DNA from: Blastocatellia bacterium
GTDB lineage: Bacteria > Acidobacteriota > Blastocatellia > UBA7656
Length of the DNA: 64,000 nt
Direction of reading: 5' to 3'
Assembly (NCBI GenBank): GCA_963765495.1
Contig: CAVXWP010000001.1
Location: forward strand, 384,001 to 448,000
The translations under genes were made by a program, and so were the position numbers. Positions 59,794 through 64,000 of the stretch are shown here, one piece after another. The stretch's first letter is position 1, and the number at the start of each line of letters is the position of its first letter. Under the pieces are notes generated by a model. It had not been told where the DNA came from. It worked only from the letters and a program-made list of their open reading frames with translations, and made no database searches.

Positions 59794-60591
59794 CTAATCG
59801 GCGTTCTTTCGGCCGTAACCAATCTCGGCTCCGCCTGAAATTATGTGATCCACCCCGGTTGTAAACGTAGCCTCGGCCGCGATAAACAGACACAGCTGCC
59901 CCACTTCTTCAATGGTTCCCATCCGTCCTAAAACCTGCGCGGCTTCACCATCCGAACGGCACCTGTCGGGGTCGGGCGCGGCGTCAATCGCTTCCTGCCA
60001 TAGCGGGGTGTAGATATTGCCCGGAGAGACCGAGTTGACGCGGACGCCGTTTACCGCCTCATCAATCGCAAGCGCCTTTGTGAAAGCCGTGACCGCGCCC
60101 TTTGTCGCTACGTATGTCGTCGCGTGGTGTTGTCCCATCGCGCCCACAAGGCTCGCAATATTGATAATATTCCCTCCGGCCCGGCGCAGATGCGGCAGCG
60201 CAAACTTGCAGGCCGCAAAGACGCTGATGAGGTTCAGATTTATCAGGTCTTGAAAATCTTCGATGGAAAAATCATCAATCGCTTTGTGAGGCGGATGCCA
60301 CCCGGCATTGTTGATAAGGCAATCGAGTCGTCCGAAACGCCCGACGGCTGTCTCTATCAGATTCTCGATCTCTTCGGTGCGCCTGACATCGCAGAGGACA
60401 AAACTCACGTCATCCGATTGTCGGGCGAGCGCCTGTAACTCGCGGCAGGCGGCATCGCCTTCGTCTCTCTTTTCGGAGCAGATGACGACACGCGCTCCTG
60501 CCTTTATAAACTCCTGCGCGCAGCCCTTTCCTATCCCACGGCTGCCGCCCGTGATGACGACCGTTCTGTGTTCATATCGCAAATCAGGCAT
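59794..60591 (-). CDS. SDR oxidoreductase, probable L-fucose dehydrogenase (HSD17B14-like)
   Basis: TGGSRGIG, NNAGWHPP, YVATKG, PGNIYTPLW; divergent from the fuconate dehydratase. Confidence 0.8.
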   Translation of the reverse strand: MPDLRYEHRTVVITGGSRGIGKGCAQEFIKAGARVVICSEKRDEGDAACRELQALARQSDDVSFVLCDVRRTEEIENLIETAVGRFGRLDCLINNAGWHPPHKAIDDFSIEDFQDLINLNLISVFAACKFALPHLRRAGGNIINIASLVGAMGQHHATTYVATKGAVTAFTKALAIDEAVNGVRVNSVSPGNIYTPLWQEAIDAAPDPDRCRSDGEAAQVLGRMGTIEEVGQLCLFIAAEATFTTGVDHIISGGAEIGYGRKNAD

Positions 60592-60726
60592 AGCGACCTC
60601 CGATGGTTCGGCTCACTCCAGGCTGAGTAATTTGATACTGCCGGCAACCGGATGGTATTTGTTGTCGGTAACACTTTCAAGTATAATGCCGCCCGCTTGA
60701 GCCGCTGCCGCTCGCTTTGAGGGAAT

Positions 60727-62046
60727 ATGGCCATCACTATCACAGAAATCGAACCGCTCGATATTCGCTTTCCGACCTCGCGCACGCTCGACGGCTCGGA
60801 CGCGATGAATACCGATCCCGACTATTCGGCGGCTTATGTGACCATCCGCACCGACAGCCCCGACCGTCTCGAAGGGCACGGTCTGACATTTACAACGGGT
60901 CGCGGCACGGAGCTTTGCTGCGCTGCGGTCGCGGCGCTCCGCCCTCTGCTTATCGGCAGAACGCTCGAATCATTGACCGCTGATATGGGAGCCTTCTGGA
61001 ATCTGATCACAGGCGACAGCCAGCTTCGATGGGTAGGCCCGGAAAAAGGGGTCATCCACCTGGCAACGGCAGCCGTTGTAAATGCCGTGTGGGATCTGTA
61101 CGCCAAAGTCGAAGGCAAACCGCTCTGGAAACTGCTCGTAGACATGACGCCCGAGCAACTGGTCGCCTGCGTCCCTTTCCGTTATATCACCGATGCGCTC
61201 ACGCCCGACGAGGCGCTTGAGATTTTAAACCGCCACAAATCCACCAGAGCCGAACGCGAAGCCGAGATGCTCGAAGGCGGCTATCCGGCTTATACGACCT
61301 CGGCCGCGTGGCTCGGATATTCGGATGAGAAGATTCGTCAACTGCTCCGTGAAGCGGTACGAGAAGGCTGGTCTTACTTCAAGATGAAAGTGGGCCGCAA
61401 CCTCGAAGAAGACGCGCGCCGGGCCGCGTTGATCCGCGAAGAGATAGGCTGGGACCGCACCCTGATGATGGACGCAAATCAGGTGTGGGACGTGGGGCAG
61501 GCCATCGAGTGGATGAAGGAACTCTCTAAATTCAAGCCGCTCTGGATCGAAGAACCTACAAGCCCCGATGATATTTTAGGTCACGCCCGGATTGCCCGCG
61601 CCGTCTCACCCGTAGGCGTGGCAACCGGCGAACACTGTCACAACCGCGTGATGTTCAAGCAGCTTCTTCAAGCCGATGCCATCAGCTTTTGCCAGATTGA
61701 TAGCTGTCGGCTCGGCGGCGTAAACGAAGTGATTGCCGTCCTGCTTATGGCCGCGAAATTCGGCGTGCCCGTATGCCCGCACGCGGGCGGCGTAGGGCTT
61801 TGCGAATACGTGCAGCATCTGGCCCTGTTTGATTACATCGCCGTGAGCGCATCGCTTGATCGTCGCCACCTCGAATTCGTAGACCACCTGCACGAGCATT
61901 TCCTGCACCCGGTGGTCATTCGCGGCGGGCGTTATATTCCGCCGATGGAAGCTGGGTACAGCATCACTATGAAAGCAGAATCGCTCAAGCGATACGAGTT
62001 CCCGGACGGCGAAGCGTGGACGGAGCAGGTTCCCAACCATTCATAA
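60727..62046 (+). CDS. L-fuconate dehydratase (enolase superfamily, ENOSF1/rTS-like)
   Basis: DIRFPTS..DGSDAMN, KMKVG, MDANQ, IEEPTSPDD, TGEH, CPHAGGVGLCE. Confidence 0.9.
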   Translation: MAITITEIEPLDIRFPTSRTLDGSDAMNTDPDYSAAYVTIRTDSPDRLEGHGLTFTTGRGTELCCAAVAALRPLLIGRTLESLTADMGAFWNLITGDSQLRWVGPEKGVIHLATAAVVNAVWDLYAKVEGKPLWKLLVDMTPEQLVACVPFRYITDALTPDEALEILNRHKSTRAEREAEMLEGGYPAYTTSAAWLGYSDEKIRQLLREAVREGWSYFKMKVGRNLEEDARRAALIREEIGWDRTLMMDANQVWDVGQAIEWMKELSKFKPLWIEEPTSPDDILGHARIARAVSPVGVATGEHCHNRVMFKQLLQADAISFCQIDSCRLGGVNEVIAVLLMAAKFGVPVCPHAGGVGLCEYVQHLALFDYIAVSASLDRRHLEFVDHLHEHFLHPVVIRGGRYIPPMEAGYSITMKAESLKRYEFPDGEAWTEQVPNHS

Positions 62047-62068
62047 GGATTAAAAGGGAGAAGCGCCG

Positions 62069-63223
62069 ATGAGTAATCAGTTACAGGTGGCTTTAATCAG
62101 CGGCCCGGCTTACGATCCGCTCTACTCGTGCCTGCCTCAGTTCACAGAGTCTACCGGGATCGAGGTCAACGTAGCGTTTCGCGGCGATCACCCGGCGCTC
62201 AATCATCACCTCGCCTCGCTCGATGAAGTCCCTTATGATCTGGTCTCCACGCATACGAAATACGCTCCTTCTCAGTTGAATTTCCTCGCGCCGCTCGATG
62301 ATATAGTCGATCCGTCGTTGCTCGGTGATTTCGTCCCGGTCATTGTGAACCTGGCGCGTGTTAAGGATTCGCTCTACGCGATACCTCGAAACATCGACGT
62401 GCGGTTGCTTCATTATCGCGCAGATTTGATTCAATCGCCGCCCGCTACCTGGGACGACTTGCTCGAACTGGCGCGAAGGCTAAATTCGCCGCCCGAATGT
62501 TACGGCTTTCTTTATCCGGGGCGCGAATCGGGTCTGTTCGGCACATTTTATGAACTGGCGGAGATGGCCGGGGCCGCGCTTTTTCCCGACAGCCTCATCC
62601 CCGACATCGAAAACGAAGCCGGAAGATGGGCGCTCGGGTTGCTGCGCGCGTTTTACGCCGAAGGGCTCGTGCCTGTGGAGCTTCCCGAATGGCATTACGA
62701 TAAAATCCACGAGTGCTTTCGTGCCGGACGCATTGCGATGATGGGAGACTGGCCCGGTTATTACAGCCTCTATCGCGACCCGAATCTGTCGCGGGTTTAT
62801 GATCGTCTGGGGCTGAGCCCTTATCCGACGGGACCGGCGGGTAAATCGCTCGCTTACGGCGGGGGCCATACTTTTGCCTTAACAAAACGAGGCGTGACGA
62901 AACCCGAAGCGCTGAAGCTGTTGCTTCATCTGACCGCAGGAGAGCAGCAGATGCTCGAAGCTCGAAACGGCTGCGTGCCTGTGCGCAACTCCGTCATGCG
63001 GCAGATGCAGACGGAAGCAGACCCGGAGAACCGTTCGCGCCTGGCTATGCTTGAAGATGTGATTGCCCATCACCTGCTGGTCCCGCCAAAGTTTGCGCGC
63101 TACCCGGAGGTTGAGGAAGTATTGTGGCGCACCGTACAGAAGGCGATCCTCGGAGAGGCACCAGTGGATGAGGCGCTCCGACACATGAGAGAGCAGATCG
63201 AGCGCATCGTGCAAGAAGATTGA
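62069..63223 (+). CDS. Sugar-binding SBP family 1 protein lacking a signal peptide
   Basis: LYAIP..LLHYRADL, PATWDDL, GRIAMMGDWP; N-terminus has no hydrophobic leader. Confidence 0.8.
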   Translation: MSNQLQVALISGPAYDPLYSCLPQFTESTGIEVNVAFRGDHPALNHHLASLDEVPYDLVSTHTKYAPSQLNFLAPLDDIVDPSLLGDFVPVIVNLARVKDSLYAIPRNIDVRLLHYRADLIQSPPATWDDLLELARRLNSPPECYGFLYPGRESGLFGTFYELAEMAGAALFPDSLIPDIENEAGRWALGLLRAFYAEGLVPVELPEWHYDKIHECFRAGRIAMMGDWPGYYSLYRDPNLSRVYDRLGLSPYPTGPAGKSLAYGGGHTFALTKRGVTKPEALKLLLHLTAGEQQMLEARNGCVPVRNSVMRQMQTEADPENRSRLAMLEDVIAHHLLVPPKFARYPEVEEVLWRTVQKAILGEAPVDEALRHMREQIERIVQED

Positions 63224-63239
63224 AAAAGAAAGGCAGGCA

Positions 63240-64000
63240 ATGACGACAGGCTCAACAGAACAAAATAACACCCCGGCGGATAAGAGTTTTCTCGTCACGG
63301 GCGCGCACGGATTTATAGGCGCGTGGGTAGTCAAGCGGCTGCTTGCACAGGGTGCCCGCGTCGTGATCTTTGATCGCAGCGCGGATGCGCACCGCCTGCG
63401 CCAGATAATGAATGATGAAGAGATCAGGCAAGCGCAACTGGTCACAGGCGACATCACCGAAGCGACGGCGCTCTGGCCCGTGATCGAGGAGTTCGCCGTC
63501 ACTCACATCATTCATCTCGCGGGCTTGCAGGTTCCCAGTTGCAAGGCCAACCCCCGGCTCGGCGCTATGGTCAACGTCATAGGCACGATAAACGTTTTTG
63601 AAGCCGCGCTTGCCGCGGCCCCTCAGATAAGCAAAATCGTCTATGCCAGTTCCGCCGCCGTCTTTGGACTGATCGATGAAGATCGGCCCGTGATCGAGCG
63701 CGACGCGACCAGTCCGGCTACGCTTTACGGGGGCTTCAAGCGGTGCAACGAGGATAACGCCCGCGTTTATCATCTGGATTACGGATTGTCGAGCATCGGG
63801 CTGCGCCCGCTCACGGTATACGGCGTAGGGCGCGATTTCGGGCTCACAAGCGACCCGACAAAGGCCATGAAAGCGGCAGTGGCGGGCCGCCCTTTCCACA
63901 TACGCTTCGGCGGGCGTACCGATTTTCAATATGTAGCCGATACGGCAGACGCATTTATTCGAGCGGCGATTTCCGATTTAAGCGGCGCGCATGTTTTCAA
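63240..64000 (+). CDS. NAD-dependent epimerase/dehydratase (3'-truncated by window edge)
   Basis: Read directly from ATG 63240: FLVTGAHGFIG, IIHLAGLQ, YASSAAVFG, YGGFK, LRPLTVYG. Confidence 0.88.
   Translation, partial: MTTGSTEQNNTPADKSFLVTGAHGFIGAWVVKRLLAQGARVVIFDRSADAHRLRQIMNDEEIRQAQLVTGDITEATALWPVIEEFAVTHIIHLAGLQVPSCKANPRLGAMVNVIGTINVFEAALAAAPQISKIVYASSAAVFGLIDEDRPVIERDATSPATLYGGFKRCNEDNARVYHLDYGLSSIGLRPLTVYGVGRDFGLTSDPTKAMKAAVAGRPFHIRFGGRTDFQYVADTADAFIRAAISDLSGAHVF

Noticed and set aside
63252-63929. 225-aa minus-strand ORF
   Set aside because: Shadow of the plus-strand NAD-dependent epimerase that runs off the window end.

Overview
A 64-kb, gene-dense chromosomal segment of a bacterium, most likely Acidobacteriota (Blastocatellia-like). 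This is inferred from the acidobacterial-type VWA protein, the HslU N-terminus, the DUF1592/DUF1552 pair and the many TPR proteins. No rRNA, tRNA, CRISPR array or transposase was recognised. The left half holds a dynamin-like GTPase, an M28 peptidase, an uncharacterised six-gene operon with three glycosyltransferases, TPR and membrane proteins, a frameshifted hslU, and an S8 protease with a 12x hexapeptide tail followed by a GNAT. The right half (36-64 kb) is a carbohydrate-utilisation region: GH16, two GH3, GH9, galM, a sugar ABC transporter, putative keto-sugar enzymes and L-fucose-type oxidative catabolism. Three observations stand out. (1) At 15.0-18.2 kb an XRE repressor and an ImmA/IrrE-like peptidase (EExxH instead of HExxH) are divergent from an operon with a SWIM-Rad52/DdrA-like gene; its near-consensus sigma70 promoter is bracketed by two TGTTTCA-N4-TGAAACA-type boxes, suggesting an IrrE/DdrO- or CapP/CapH-like DNA-damage switch. 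(2) At 49965-50120 a 156-bp MITE with CAGGG ends and a perfect 10-bp target duplication carries a GTAG-type REP doublet. (3) Nine intergenic elements have inverted heptamer-repeat arms, several sharing a conserved ~50-bp core. All family assignments come from motif recognition by eye, not database searches.
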